NCBI GenBank assembly: GCA_965243395.1 | Contig: CBDEUS010000001.1 | Span: 192,001-256,000, forward strand | DNA: 64,000 nt | Source: Gammaproteobacteria bacterium | GTDB lineage: Bacteria > Pseudomonadota > Gammaproteobacteria > UBA4575 | Reading direction: 5' to 3' | Shown here: in pieces, positions 1 to 10,446 of the stretch | Layout of the letters: each line of letters opens with the position of its first letter | How positions within the stretch are numbered: position 1 is the first letter of the stretch | Notes under the pieces: generated by a model | What the model saw: only the letters and a program-made list of their open reading frames with translations | Told to the model about the DNA's origin: nothing | The model's database searches: none | Program-made: the position numbers and the translations under genes

Positions 1-471
1 GTACACAAGTGGGTTGATGAAAAAGGCATCACTCATTATTCGGATTATGTGCCAAATGATATCCATAGCACCGCAGAAAGAATTGAAATTCATAGCAAGT
101 ATGAAACATCCGTTGATCAAGATGATTATTACTCGATAATCAACCAATGGACACGCATGCGTGAAGAACGACTCGAACGCAAGAAATTACAACTTGAGAA
201 AGCTAAACAAAAGATGGCGCTAAAACAGGCTCAAGCAGCAGCTGTTCCACAAGTTGTATATGTCGGTGAACAAGAAGAGCGCAGTAACCGCTATTATCCA
301 GTCTATCCCTATCGATTTGGTTTTAAACATCACAATAAATTTGCGAGTAAAAAATTGGGTGGGCACAAATTAAATGGTTTCAGAAATACTAATAGAGGAT
401 CAATTTGTAAAATCCCTAGGAGCGGCAAATCACGTTATGGTGGTTCGGGTTTAACGCTTAGTATTCGTTAA
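1..471 (+). CDS. DUF4124-type protein, 5'-truncated by window edge
   Basis: Frame 1 is open from base 1 and reads VHKWVDEKGITHYSDYVP, the typical DUF4124 W-D--G--HYSD motif, followed by a coiled coil. Confidence 0.7.
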   Translation, partial: VHKWVDEKGITHYSDYVPNDIHSTAERIEIHSKYETSVDQDDYYSIINQWTRMREERLERKKLQLEKAKQKMALKQAQAAAVPQVVYVGEQEERSNRYYPVYPYRFGFKHHNKFASKKLGGHKLNGFRNTNRGSICKIPRSGKSRYGGSGLTLSIR

Positions 472-578
472 GAGGCAATTTTACCTTTGTGCATTAAATA
501 GTCTTGCATTGCGTGTTCTGCTTTAGCAGAATTCTTCCTCCAAAATTTAAAACATGTCATCAATAATAAAATCAAATC

Positions 579-1772
579 ATGGCAGATGCTGCATTTCATT
601 TATCTGAAGAGTTTATCCGCGAAGACTTAGATTATTATTTTTCGGGCGAACGAGATAAAAATAATCAAATTCGTCCTGATGATAATATTTACAGTATGAC
701 GCCGACGGCGCCACATTTAAGCTTGAGTTTGGATGATGAAAAAGTAGGCAACTTTTTTTATCCCACTCTTCCTAACCTTTTAGACCGCATATACATAGGT
801 ATAAGTATCCCATTGTTTGCAAGCAATTGGGGCGCATCTTTTTTACTTGAATTATTGAAAGTTGTTAAGCCAGGAGGGGTTGTAATTTTACCGGTATACC
901 CTGAAGGTCAGGCACAAGAGAAAGGCTACTGGTCGAGAAGTTTTTTAGAGAACATCTTTTTAAGCCGCCAACGTTGGACCGGTTTTAGTAATGTGCGAGC
1001 AGAGAATGATGGTGTGATGTCTCTTGGTGTAGGTCGTAAATGGCCAAAAGCAATTCCAAGTACTGCCCAATGGTTTTACCAACAACGTGCAAATCTCGTA
1101 TTTGAAAAGTTACTACAAACGGGAAGTCGAGATGAAATTGCCAAAATCTATTCTGATATGGCTTTGAGGGTCTGGGCCAACTACACCCATAGTTCAGTTG
1201 TTGAGCGAATCATTTTAGATCATTTTGGCGCAAAGACAGCGGTTTCCGTGAACAGTGTTAGCAATGATTATGGTCTATTAGTAACGGATTTATTATTGAG
1301 TCCTTATATTAATGTTGCTCAAGGCAACACAAACCATGTAGCGGTGGTAGATGAAGTTGTCACTCAAAGCTTTACTAGTTATTTTCTGCCCCACACGGGT
1401 AACCAGCATAAGATAAAGTTTGAATTATTAAACGATGTTGTATTAGACAATAATTCGGACGTCGTTTGCTTAGTTCATTGTTTGAGCAGCTTAAATGAAG
1501 ATCAGCAAATTAGCTTAATTGATAAAGTATGGACCAAACTGAACCCCAATGGTTTATTGATTTTGCATGATGCTATGCCCGCAGGTTGGCAACAGCATAA
1601 ATTGCGCCAAAAAATAGCAGATTTGGGTCAGATGACTACATATTCTTCTATTGTGGCTTCAAAAATTGAAGATAGTGTAGAAATTAGCCACTATTCAACA
1701 ATTCAGGAAGGAAAATTACGAGAAGAAAAGCAACAGCAGACAGCTGTTTTTAAAGTTATCCAAAAAATTTAA
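579..1772 (+). CDS. Hypothetical protein with two SAM-methyltransferase-like segments
   Basis: 397-aa ORF; LKVVKPGGVVIL and TKLNPNGLLILHD resemble class I methyltransferase motif LxPGG. Confidence 0.45.
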   Translation: MADAAFHLSEEFIREDLDYYFSGERDKNNQIRPDDNIYSMTPTAPHLSLSLDDEKVGNFFYPTLPNLLDRIYIGISIPLFASNWGASFLLELLKVVKPGGVVILPVYPEGQAQEKGYWSRSFLENIFLSRQRWTGFSNVRAENDGVMSLGVGRKWPKAIPSTAQWFYQQRANLVFEKLLQTGSRDEIAKIYSDMALRVWANYTHSSVVERIILDHFGAKTAVSVNSVSNDYGLLVTDLLLSPYINVAQGNTNHVAVVDEVVTQSFTSYFLPHTGNQHKIKFELLNDVVLDNNSDVVCLVHCLSSLNEDQQISLIDKVWTKLNPNGLLILHDAMPAGWQQHKLRQKIADLGQMTTYSSIVASKIEDSVEISHYSTIQEGKLREEKQQQTAVFKVIQKI

Positions 1773-1775
1773 TGC

Positions 1776-2030
1776 CTATTCCCAAAAATACAAATAATAT
1801 GCATATGCAATTACACTAATTGAAACCAGCAATATTAAAATATTTTTACATAGGGTTTTAATTATATCGCTATCTGTATTAATTCCACGAACGAGTTTGC
1901 TTAAATCGTGTTGAATAAGGTTAACACTTACTATAGCGGGTAGTATCGCCAGTAGGGCAGCGATGATCCAGCCGAAAGAGTAATGCGGTGAATTTATCAA
2001 CATTTCTAAGAAAGTCTTAATCGCTTCCAT
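1776..2030 (-). CDS. Small membrane protein
   Basis: 84 aa with two hydrophobic helices, fills the intergenic gap. Confidence 0.5.
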   Translation of the reverse strand: MEAIKTFLEMLINSPHYSFGWIIAALLAILPAIVSVNLIQHDLSKLVRGINTDSDIIKTLCKNILILLVSISVIAYAYYLYFWE

Positions 2031-2201
2031 GATGCTGCGTTATATTTCTGTAACTTGAGCCTGTAAAATCGGCTTTAGTATGAAAATCGACATTTCATAG
2101 CATTATTTCACGCTTCAGTCGGAGTAATTGCATGGTTGCCGACCATTATGACTAGCATAGGTGTATTATTGAAATATAAATAATATGCGTGGAGGCACGA
2201 T

Positions 2202-2651
2202 ATGGGAATGCGAAAATTAAGAGACAAGGTATCGACACCTGCCACCATTATTGGAAAAGATTTTGTAATTAATGGTGATGTAAAAGGCTCTGGTTCAATT
2301 GTAATCAGTGGTAATGTCAAAGGTAATGGTGACATAGACGGGCTTGTAGAGCTGGTTTCAACCGCAGTATGGGAAGGTAACATCCACACGGATGATGTAA
2401 TTATAGGCGGTACAGTACGTGGTGATGTTTTTGCCCGTGGTAAACTAGAGATTACTGGAAGTGCTAGAATCTTTGGTAATGTCAGCGGTACTAGTGTCTC
2501 AGTGGCGCAAGGTGCGATGATTGACGGTACAATGAAAATTCATGATGGTAGTGGTCTAGTGGGCCAAACTGACACAGATAGTGCTAAATCTTCTTCAAAC
2601 GAATCTAAAGACAACCTTAATAAATCATTCGAAGAAGCCACTTCTTTCTAA
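2202..2651 (+). CDS. Bactofilin (polymer-forming cytoskeletal protein)
   Basis: TIIGKDFVINGDV...GNVKG...GTVRGDV...IFGNV beta-helix repeats; GGAGG RBS upstream. Confidence 0.9.
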   Translation: MGMRKLRDKVSTPATIIGKDFVINGDVKGSGSIVISGNVKGNGDIDGLVELVSTAVWEGNIHTDDVIIGGTVRGDVFARGKLEITGSARIFGNVSGTSVSVAQGAMIDGTMKIHDGSGLVGQTDTDSAKSSSNESKDNLNKSFEEATSF

Positions 2652-2685
2652 TTCCTATTCAAATAATTTTGCGCAGCTAAACATA

Positions 2686-4662
2686 TTGCTGCGCAAGTAT
2701 TTTCCTAAATTCAAGCTAAATTTATTAGTTCTTATATGTAGAACAGTATTGCTTATTATATTGACGATGGCGGTAAGCCATGCAAATCCGGGTTGGGAAG
2801 AAGAGAGAGACATATATCAACAAGCACGAAAAGCACTCTTCAAAAAACAAATTAACCAATTTCATCAGTATTCTTCTCAGTTAATTGAATATCCTTTACA
2901 TCAATATTTGCAATATGAGGAATTAAAATTACGTTTCTCTAATGTTACCAATCAAGAGATTGATGAATTTTTACAAAAAAATAATGATGGGCCACTAGCA
3001 GAACGATTGCGTGTTGCTTGGTTATATCAATTGCAAAGAAAAGGGCGCTACGAAAGTTTTCTAAAGTATTACCAAGATGATAAAGCGGCCGAACTACAGT
3101 GTTATTTTTTGCGTGCAAAGATACGACATGGCCAGTTCGAAACAAATAAAAAGCAATACTTAAATCAAGTTCGCGATTTATGGGTAGTAGGAAAATCCCA
3201 GCCCAAGCAATGTGATCCTTTATTCAGCTGGTTTGAGAAGCAGGGCTATTTAACTACTGAGCTGGTTTGGGAACGCATTTCCTTGGCAATGGATCATAAC
3301 CGTTCGAGCCTGGCGAAGTACCTTACTAAAAAATTACCATCTAGCGAACAACCGCAAGCCAAGCTTTGGTTAGAGGTTCATCGTGATCCTCAAAATAAAT
3401 TACGTTCTAAAAATCTAAAAAAAGATAATCACATAAACAGACAAATTGTGCGTCATGGATTAGAGCGCTTAGCAAGAAAAGATTTAACTCTGGCCCATGA
3501 ATTCTGGTTAGCTACCCAAGATAATTATGCATTTGGTTCGGACTTGCATGATGAGGTAGAAAGAAGGTTAGCCTTGCGAGCCGCCTATAGGCATGACGAT
3601 CGTGCAACTACGTGGATGTATCAGTTGCCTAAAGACTTGATTGATCCTTCAACAAGTTTGTGGCGTGCACGTTCAGCAATTCGCAGTCTTGACTGGGATT
3701 TAGTGCTTCGTGGCATTGCCATGTTGAATGAGCAAGAGAAAGAAGAGCCTCAATGGCAATATTGGAAGGCGCGTGCGTTAGCTGAAAAAGGACTTCAGTC
3801 TGATGCAAATATTTTGTATGAAAAGATAGCTGGAGAAAGAAGTTATTATGGGTTTTTAGCCGCAGACAAATTATCTAAGCCATATAATATTTTTGATATT
3901 CCAGTGCAATTTAATCAAACTGAGCTTGAAAAGATTGCGCAAACACCAAGCATTATTCGTGCGAGCGAATTATTGTTAGTAGATCAAATCACGGATGCCC
4001 GTAGAGAATGGAATTATGCAACCCAAAATTATTCTCAACGTGAATATCAAACTGCTGCATACTTAGCCCATCAGTGGCAATGGCATGATTATGCGATTCG
4101 AACAATAGCGAAAGGTGGTTACTTTGATGACCTAAGCATACGTTTTCCCACACCTTTTACGGGCCTAGTTACAAAATATGCCACTAAGAGAAATTTAGAG
4201 CCCGCTTTTATATTCGGGATCATAAGACGAGAGAGTGCTTTTAATCCGCAAGCACGTTCGCCTGTAGGGGCTCGGGGCTTAATGCAATTAATGCCTGCTA
4301 CAGCGAAGCAAGTATCAAAAACCCTCAAGTTGAAAGCACCCACTCGTTACGACTTATATACACCTGGCTTTAATATAAATTTAGGTAGTCGATATATCAC
4401 TGATATGTTGAGTAAATTCAACGGCCACAGGGCGCTTGCTTCAGCAGCATATAACGCGGGTCCTCATCGTGTGAATGCTTGGTTGCCAGAAAATAATACT
4501 TTGCCTGCGGATGTATGGGTGGACACCATTCCGTTTACCGAAACACGTGAATATGTGCGAGCAATTCTGGCATACACTGCCTTGTTTGAGTGGAAATTAG
4601 ACCAGAACCCGACACGCTTAAGCGTGCATTTACAACCAGTCGTTCCTAACCCTGATTCATAA
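2686..4662 (+). CDS. slt: Soluble lytic murein transglycosylase (Slt70-like); start uncertain
   Basis: IIRRESAF, GARGLMQLMP, AAYNAGP and ETREYV motifs; N-terminal signal-like stretch. The 2581 start of the ORF track overlaps the bactofilin gene. Confidence 0.88.
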   Translation: MLRKYFPKFKLNLLVLICRTVLLIILTMAVSHANPGWEEERDIYQQARKALFKKQINQFHQYSSQLIEYPLHQYLQYEELKLRFSNVTNQEIDEFLQKNNDGPLAERLRVAWLYQLQRKGRYESFLKYYQDDKAAELQCYFLRAKIRHGQFETNKKQYLNQVRDLWVVGKSQPKQCDPLFSWFEKQGYLTTELVWERISLAMDHNRSSLAKYLTKKLPSSEQPQAKLWLEVHRDPQNKLRSKNLKKDNHINRQIVRHGLERLARKDLTLAHEFWLATQDNYAFGSDLHDEVERRLALRAAYRHDDRATTWMYQLPKDLIDPSTSLWRARSAIRSLDWDLVLRGIAMLNEQEKEEPQWQYWKARALAEKGLQSDANILYEKIAGERSYYGFLAADKLSKPYNIFDIPVQFNQTELEKIAQTPSIIRASELLLVDQITDARREWNYATQNYSQREYQTAAYLAHQWQWHDYAIRTIAKGGYFDDLSIRFPTPFTGLVTKYATKRNLEPAFIFGIIRRESAFNPQARSPVGARGLMQLMPATAKQVSKTLKLKAPTRYDLYTPGFNINLGSRYITDMLSKFNGHRALASAAYNAGPHRVNAWLPENNTLPADVWVDTIPFTETREYVRAILAYTALFEWKLDQNPTRLSVHLQPVVPNPDS

Positions 4663-4954
4663 TTTACTGAATCTGCGTGTTAAATTTTCAGTTCACATTT
4701 TTATTCAATTTTGACCATGACAAAAGGGCAAAAAAAACGGATCAGTGGTCACTGATTAATTATTAAATATTACTTTAGGTAACTATTATAGATAACACGT
4801 ATTTTGGTCATGAATGCTTGGCCTCTTTATCGTTTTTTTTAAGAGAGGGAAATTAACAAAGATATAGTTATTTTCTAAATTTACATTAAGCGCTAGATAG
4901 GATTTCTATCGCTTAGATGTAACAAACAAATTGATTTCAATTGGAGTTGGAACA

Positions 4955-7180
4955 ATGAACGGCATACTAAAAAGTATCGCATTAGTTGCGGTCGTCTCGT
5001 TTTTTTTAAGCGCTTGTGGTGGTGAGTCTTCAGGCGAAAGTTCGGGAACTATGAGCACAGGCAGTGGCCTTAGCGGAGCTCTTCTATCGGATGCAGGGCA
5101 ACGCGGATTAGCTATTTTCCAAGACTCTCAATACGGATGTGTGAGTTGTCATGGTGCTCTAGGGCAGGGAACTAACGCGGGTGGACCAATAGACAATACA
5201 ACAGATTGTCCTTCATGTGTTGATCTTGCAACATTAACTAATTACAACGAATTACTAATGCCTGCATCACCTTTTCAACCAGGTGCTTGTGTAGGTGCAT
5301 GTGCAAGTGATGTATCACAGTTTATTATTGAAGGCTTGATACAAGGCCGAGCTTTACCGGGTGCGAACAACACTCCTGCAATTTTAGTAAATCCAACTTC
5401 GGGTCTAGTGACATCAGAAGCCGGTGGTACGGCCTCCTTTACAGTCACATTAAATTCTTTGCCTACAGATAATGTAGATATCACCTTAACTAGTAGTAAT
5501 ACTGCTGAGGGAACGGTTGCTCCAACAGCACTTACATTCACTAATGCGAATTGGAATGTACCGCAAACTGTTATGGTTACCGGCCAAGATGATGCAGTAC
5601 TGGATGGCGATATTGCTTATACAATAATGACAACTGCAGCCAGTGTTGATGCAAATTATGCAGCAATTGATCCAGCAGATGTTTCAGTTACAAATACTGA
5701 TAATGAAGTACCTCCTCCAGGCGTGATTACAGTGAATCCAACTTCTGGTCTTGTAACAACCGAGGACGGTGGTACCGCAACGTTCACTATAGTGCTTGGT
5801 ACACAACCTAGCGCAAATGTAAGCATTGGTTTAACTAGCAGCAATGCGGCCGAGGGTACGGTTTCGCCTGCATCCGTTGTGTTTACAAACGCTAACTATA
5901 ATGTTGCACAAACCATTACAGTAACGGGTGTAGATGATGCTGCGGCTCCTGCTGTGGATGGCAATATTGCATACAGTATTGTTACTGCTGCTGCGGTCAG
6001 TGCAGATCCATCTTACAGTGGATTAAATGCATCTGATGTATCCGTGACAAATAATGATAATGATGTGCAACCTGTGATTGCGCAGTTTACTGCTGACCCG
6101 GTATCCAATGCTGGTGCACCGATTCCTTATGCAGGAATGGTGACATTGAATTGGATGTCTGATGGTGATAGCTGTACTGCAGGTGGCGCAAACGCTGGCG
6201 GTCAATGGACGGGTGCCGTGTTAGCCAGTGGAATGCAGACTTTGACTAATTTAACGACTTCGGGTGTGAACACATTTACGTTGACTTGTACAAAGGGTGG
6301 AATTGATTCTGCGATATCAACAGTAGACGTAACTGTTGCGGCTGCACCAGGTGCGCCAGTTGTTACCTTAACCTCAGACCAAGTAGCCGGAACAATGCTA
6401 GCGTATAACGGAACCGCAACGTTAACTTGGACGTCAACAGGTGCAGTTGGAACTTGTACTGCAAGTTCTACTCCTGCAAATGCAGCATGGACAGGTGCTA
6501 AAGCATTAAACGGTAATGAAGCAATAAATAATCTTACTGTTGATACTACCTTTAATTTAACGTGTGTAAATTCAATAGGTACGCCAACTACTGTAAGTAC
6601 TTCTGTAGATGTAGTAGATGTAAATCCAGCTTTAACATTTACAGTTAATGGTGCTGCAAGTGCCACGATCATTAAGGGAGATTCAGTAACCCTTGCATGG
6701 AATCCGACTGATTTGGCTTCTTGTACTGCAAGTGCTGTACCTGCAAATGCAGCGTGGACGGGAGCTAAAGGAGCTACTTTGGCAACTTATAATGAAGTGA
6801 TTGCAAATGTTCAAGATTCAACAACTTTCACCCTTACATGTGTTGGAGTTAATGGTGCTAATGTTGTTCAATCGGTAACAGTTACAGCTAATCCTGATCC
6901 AGAGCTTGCAATTGGTCAGATGAATTACGATGCACAATGCGCGCTTTGTCACGGCGCTGATGGAACTGGTACAGCTGTCTTCTATCCATTGCCAATCGGG
7001 CCAAACATGTGTAGTAATAATGTTGCAGGACCAGTTCCTCCAATGCAGGAAGTTTGTAGTGATCAAGCAACATTAGAGGCTTATATAGGTGTTTATATGC
7101 CTAATCAGCTTTTCCCATGTAATGGCGATTGTGCTAGAACAACAGCTAAGTACATATTAAATAATTTCTCTGTAAATTAG
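4955..7180 (+). CDS. Lipoprotein with two c-type cytochrome domains separated by Calx-beta/Ig-like repeats
   Basis: Lipobox FLSAC; CVSCH near the N-terminus, CALCH near the C-terminus; two NPTSGLVT-E-GGTA repeats and three TL-W...CTA...WTG repeats. Confidence 0.75.
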   Translation: MNGILKSIALVAVVSFFLSACGGESSGESSGTMSTGSGLSGALLSDAGQRGLAIFQDSQYGCVSCHGALGQGTNAGGPIDNTTDCPSCVDLATLTNYNELLMPASPFQPGACVGACASDVSQFIIEGLIQGRALPGANNTPAILVNPTSGLVTSEAGGTASFTVTLNSLPTDNVDITLTSSNTAEGTVAPTALTFTNANWNVPQTVMVTGQDDAVLDGDIAYTIMTTAASVDANYAAIDPADVSVTNTDNEVPPPGVITVNPTSGLVTTEDGGTATFTIVLGTQPSANVSIGLTSSNAAEGTVSPASVVFTNANYNVAQTITVTGVDDAAAPAVDGNIAYSIVTAAAVSADPSYSGLNASDVSVTNNDNDVQPVIAQFTADPVSNAGAPIPYAGMVTLNWMSDGDSCTAGGANAGGQWTGAVLASGMQTLTNLTTSGVNTFTLTCTKGGIDSAISTVDVTVAAAPGAPVVTLTSDQVAGTMLAYNGTATLTWTSTGAVGTCTASSTPANAAWTGAKALNGNEAINNLTVDTTFNLTCVNSIGTPTTVSTSVDVVDVNPALTFTVNGAASATIIKGDSVTLAWNPTDLASCTASAVPANAAWTGAKGATLATYNEVIANVQDSTTFTLTCVGVNGANVVQSVTVTANPDPELAIGQMNYDAQCALCHGADGTGTAVFYPLPIGPNMCSNNVAGPVPPMQEVCSDQATLEAYIGVYMPNQLFPCNGDCARTTAKYILNNFSVN

Positions 7181-7197
7181 AGAATTGGGACTTCCTT

Positions 7198-7232
7198 AAA
7201 ACCTACTGCGTCTATGATGCAGTAGGTTTTTT
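7198..7232. terminator. Bidirectional rho-independent terminator
   Basis: AAAACCTACTGC-loop-GCAGTAGGTTTTTT between convergent genes. Confidence 0.85.
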
Positions 7233-8203
7233 TATTTTTGCAGATTTTGAACGATCCGCTGATCAATCCAGTTGGAGTTAAATATCCCATTAAGATAACC
7301 ACAGTGCCCACCATATCGTGTGAGGTGGATATTCAAATATTTTGACGCATAAAGATCTTGATGATCATGCGGAGGGATTACAGGATCATCCTTCACAATA
7401 TAAACATCACTCTCAATACTTAGAGAGGCCAGGCGATCTCCTGTGATTGAATAACCTTTTAAATATTTTTCGACTGAATCGAATTCAGTATATTGCAGCA
7501 ATAAATGTTCCGTCATATCTGTCAGCGAGTTTTGCTGATAAATTGTTTTTAAATCAAAATCATCAGGGAAAAGTTTGTGTTTTTTTCTCAACATGCTTTT
7601 CCAGCGCTGCAAATAATATTGTGTGTAAATCCGCGGCATTGATTTTGTTTCATCTAATGCGTTGGCTGCATTCATGACAGGACAAATGGAAATTATTTTT
7701 TTGATACTTAAATTATATTCTTTTGCTTCAGCACCAATGCGTAGTGCAAAGTTTCCGCCAAGGGAAAACCCAACAATATAAAAAGCAGAGTGGGGCACTT
7801 GATTTTGAATGGCAGAGGTTGCTTCTAAAACTTCTGTCAGCCTGCACGAGTGAAACAAATCTTTATTTAAGTGTTGCGTTCCGCCATGGTCTCTAAAATT
7901 TAAACGAGCTACATTAAAGCCACTTGCATAGAGCTGACTTGCAAGTGGCAATAAATATAACGATTCTGCACAGCCCAACCAACCATGTAGTATTAAAACC
8001 AAGGGGCTATTTACAGAATTGCTTTGAGTATTAAAAAGTCCTTGCAGGCGTATACCATCTGACAAAGATAAAATCTTTGGTTGGCTGTGTTTGCAAAATG
8101 TTTTGCTTACATACCAAGCATACGATTTGCGCAACGCAGATGCTGCAACAACAGTATTTATATGGCCGTTACGAAATAATCGAGGAGGAAGGTATTCCGC
8201 CAC
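7232..8203 (-). CDS. YheT-like alpha/beta hydrolase
   Basis: LHGWLG, nucleophile elbow GFSLGGN, DDPVIP, GGHCGY. Confidence 0.85.
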   Translation of the reverse strand: MAEYLPPRLFRNGHINTVVAASALRKSYAWYVSKTFCKHSQPKILSLSDGIRLQGLFNTQSNSVNSPLVLILHGWLGCAESLYLLPLASQLYASGFNVARLNFRDHGGTQHLNKDLFHSCRLTEVLEATSAIQNQVPHSAFYIVGFSLGGNFALRIGAEAKEYNLSIKKIISICPVMNAANALDETKSMPRIYTQYYLQRWKSMLRKKHKLFPDDFDLKTIYQQNSLTDMTEHLLLQYTEFDSVEKYLKGYSITGDRLASLSIESDVYIVKDDPVIPPHDHQDLYASKYLNIHLTRYGGHCGYLNGIFNSNWIDQRIVQNLQK

Positions 8204-9477
8204 TACTTTGCTTTATTTAATGCTTGTTCAATATCTGCCAATATATCATCAATATGCTCAATACCTATGGAAAGTCGCACCAGGTCTTCACTTACGCCAG
8301 CAGCAGCCTGTTCTTCTTTTGATAATTGTCGATGCGTAGTTGTAGCAGGATGACATGCTAATGATTTTGCATCACCGATATTCACTAAACGCACTATAAG
8401 TTCAAGCGCATCAATGAATTTTGTACCTGCTTCAAGTCCGCCTTTAATACCAAAACTTAAAATTCCTGAAGCACGTCCACCAAAATATTTTTGTGCAAGC
8501 TGATGGTCTTCATGCGAAGGTAATCCAGCATAACTTACCCAATTAACCAATTCGTGTTTTTCTAAATATTTGGCAACCGCTGTGGCATTTTCGCAATGTC
8601 GATCCATGCGCACTGGAAGGCTTTCTATACCTTGAAGAATAATAAAACTGTTCATTGGAGAAATAGCTGAACCCATGTTACGCAACGGAACAACACGAAC
8701 TCGCCCAATGAATGCTGCATTACCAAATGCCTCTGTGTACACAATGCCGTGATAAGAAGGGTCAGGTTCATTGAAGACAGCAAAACGCTTTTTATGCTTT
8801 TCCCAAGGAAAATTTCCCGAATCAACTACTACACCGCCAATGGAAGTGCCGTGTCCTCCCATGTATTTAGTTAAAGAGTGAATACAAATATCTGCACCAA
8901 ATTCAAAGGGTCTGCACAAGTAGGGTGTGGGTACTGTGTTATCGACCATTACGGGAACCCCAGCTTGATGAGCAATATTGGTTAAAGCCTCAAGATCAAT
9001 AACATTACCTGCTGGGTTCCCTAAGGATTCACAAAATACGGCTTTGGTATTTTCATCTATCGCTGCTGCCATAGCATCCATATCACGATAATCAACAAAT
9101 CGAACCTCAATCCCCAGCTTAGGTAAAGTGTGTGCAAAGAAGTTATATGTCCCACCATATAAAGTGGCTACCGAAACGATATTGTCTCCTTGTTCAGCTA
9201 AGGCAAAAATTGCATAAGAGATTGCAGCCATGCCGGATGACAGGCCTAGAGCACCTACACCCCCCTCCATCGCGGCGATACGTTGTTCTAATACCGCTGT
9301 TGTAGGGTTCATAATGCGTGTGTAGATATTACCTTCAACTTTTAAGTCAAATAAATCTGCCCCATGTTGTGTGTTATCAAATGCATACGAAGTGGTTTGA
9401 TAAATGGGTACCGCAACAGCTTTTGTAGTGGGGTCAGGTGAATAACCCGCATGTATGGCTTGAGTTTCAATTTTCAT
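8203..9477 (-). CDS. metY: O-acetylhomoserine aminocarboxypropyltransferase (sulfhydrylase)
   Basis: PIYQTTSY, GNIYTRIMNPT, PLP lysine motif HSLTKY, NIGDAKSL. Confidence 0.92.
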   Translation of the reverse strand: MKIETQAIHAGYSPDPTTKAVAVPIYQTTSYAFDNTQHGADLFDLKVEGNIYTRIMNPTTAVLEQRIAAMEGGVGALGLSSGMAAISYAIFALAEQGDNIVSVATLYGGTYNFFAHTLPKLGIEVRFVDYRDMDAMAAAIDENTKAVFCESLGNPAGNVIDLEALTNIAHQAGVPVMVDNTVPTPYLCRPFEFGADICIHSLTKYMGGHGTSIGGVVVDSGNFPWEKHKKRFAVFNEPDPSYHGIVYTEAFGNAAFIGRVRVVPLRNMGSAISPMNSFIILQGIESLPVRMDRHCENATAVAKYLEKHELVNWVSYAGLPSHEDHQLAQKYFGGRASGILSFGIKGGLEAGTKFIDALELIVRLVNIGDAKSLACHPATTTHRQLSKEEQAAAGVSEDLVRLSIGIEHIDDILADIEQALNKAK

Positions 9478-9665
9478 AATCGATTACCTCTGAAAGTTTG
9501 TGAGGTGGATATAAGTTAATAAACAAAGCCGTGAGACTGCAAATAAATGCAAAATTACATGGCAGAAAACTGGATTGTTTGGTCATGAAATCCGTCCCTA
9601 AGCTTAATTGTGTGCTTCAAATTATTCGGGCGTTGACTCGACCTAGAAGCTTAAAGGGCGGTCAT

Positions 9666-9720
9666 CGCTTTAGCAGAATTTTTTAGTCGCCCTGCAAGTT
9701 GTTGAATTAAATCAGCGACA
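9666..9720 (-). promoter_or_regulatory. Probable SAM-II-type riboswitch
   Basis: Minus strand reads GTCGC-TGATTTAA...TTGCAGG-GCGAC-TAAAAAATTCT-GCTAAAG, matching SAM-II hallmarks (P1 stem, UGAUUU, UUGC, GCUAAA), upstream of a Met biosynthesis gene. Confidence 0.65.
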
Positions 9721-9815
9721 TAACCAGGAGGTTATTGAGTAAAAATGCTAGGGGTATTTTGAGTTGATGTCAATAACTGGGCCATTAATGGGTAATTATA
9801 TCGTTGCATTTTGTA

Positions 9816-10310
9816 TTATTTTCTCAAGTTCCAAGTAATAAATCTTTGAGAACTGATAATGTCATGCTGGATTAGCCAGTATTTAACTTCTTCTGCGTCA
9901 TCAGTAAACCAGCAAAATGCAGAACCCAGTCGAAAACTATATCCCCAAGCGTCCATATCCTTAAATGCCTGTTGCCGACAATATCCTTCAATGTAGTCGG
10001 CTAACATGATTTGTAGGTAGCAGGTAGCATTTTCTTCTGCATTAGTACCTTGAGCATCCACTTCATTACGTTCACGTTGATTTTGCGACATGCATACGTA
10101 ATGCGCACTTTCATGCAATATTGAGTGTATGGGGGTATCGCCACGTACATATAACGTATTTTTGAGTCTTCCGGCCTCAGGAGCGCCCCAAAAGCTATGC
10201 GGAATCTCTCTGTCAAAATTTAGGCAGTTAATTTTTAAGCCATAGCGCTTTAGGACTGCATTGATTGATTCCGAATTTAGATCTTTGTAATACACCATAT
10301 CAATTTCCAT
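9816..10310 (-). CDS. Conserved hypothetical protein with HExxH-like motif
   Basis: IPHSFWGAPEAG...DTPIHSILHESAHYVCM...WGYSFRLGSA. Confidence 0.65.
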   Translation of the reverse strand: MEIDMVYYKDLNSESINAVLKRYGLKINCLNFDREIPHSFWGAPEAGRLKNTLYVRGDTPIHSILHESAHYVCMSQNQRERNEVDAQGTNAEENATCYLQIMLADYIEGYCRQQAFKDMDAWGYSFRLGSAFCWFTDDAEEVKYWLIQHDIISSQRFITWNLRK

Positions 10311-10446
10311 AGTGAACCCGCCCCACCGCAATAGATGTGCTTAACGCCACGGTTTGTCCAAAAAGAGAGATCCATATTTTACGAAAACTAGGTATACTCA
10401 CCACGCTATTTTTATCCCACTTATCATTCTACGGAGAGAAGCCATT

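Noticed and set aside
4741-4756. Perfect inverted repeat ATCAGTG-GT-CACTGAT upstream of the cytochrome lipoprotein gene
   Set aside because: Single short occurrence that cannot be assigned to a regulator from the sequence alone.
5275-7073. Antisense ORFs within the cytochrome lipoprotein gene (and similar ones inside mreB, gatB, prfA, hemA, the helicase and DUF1538 genes)
   Set aside because: Shadow ORFs opposite well-supported genes, with no motifs or RBS.
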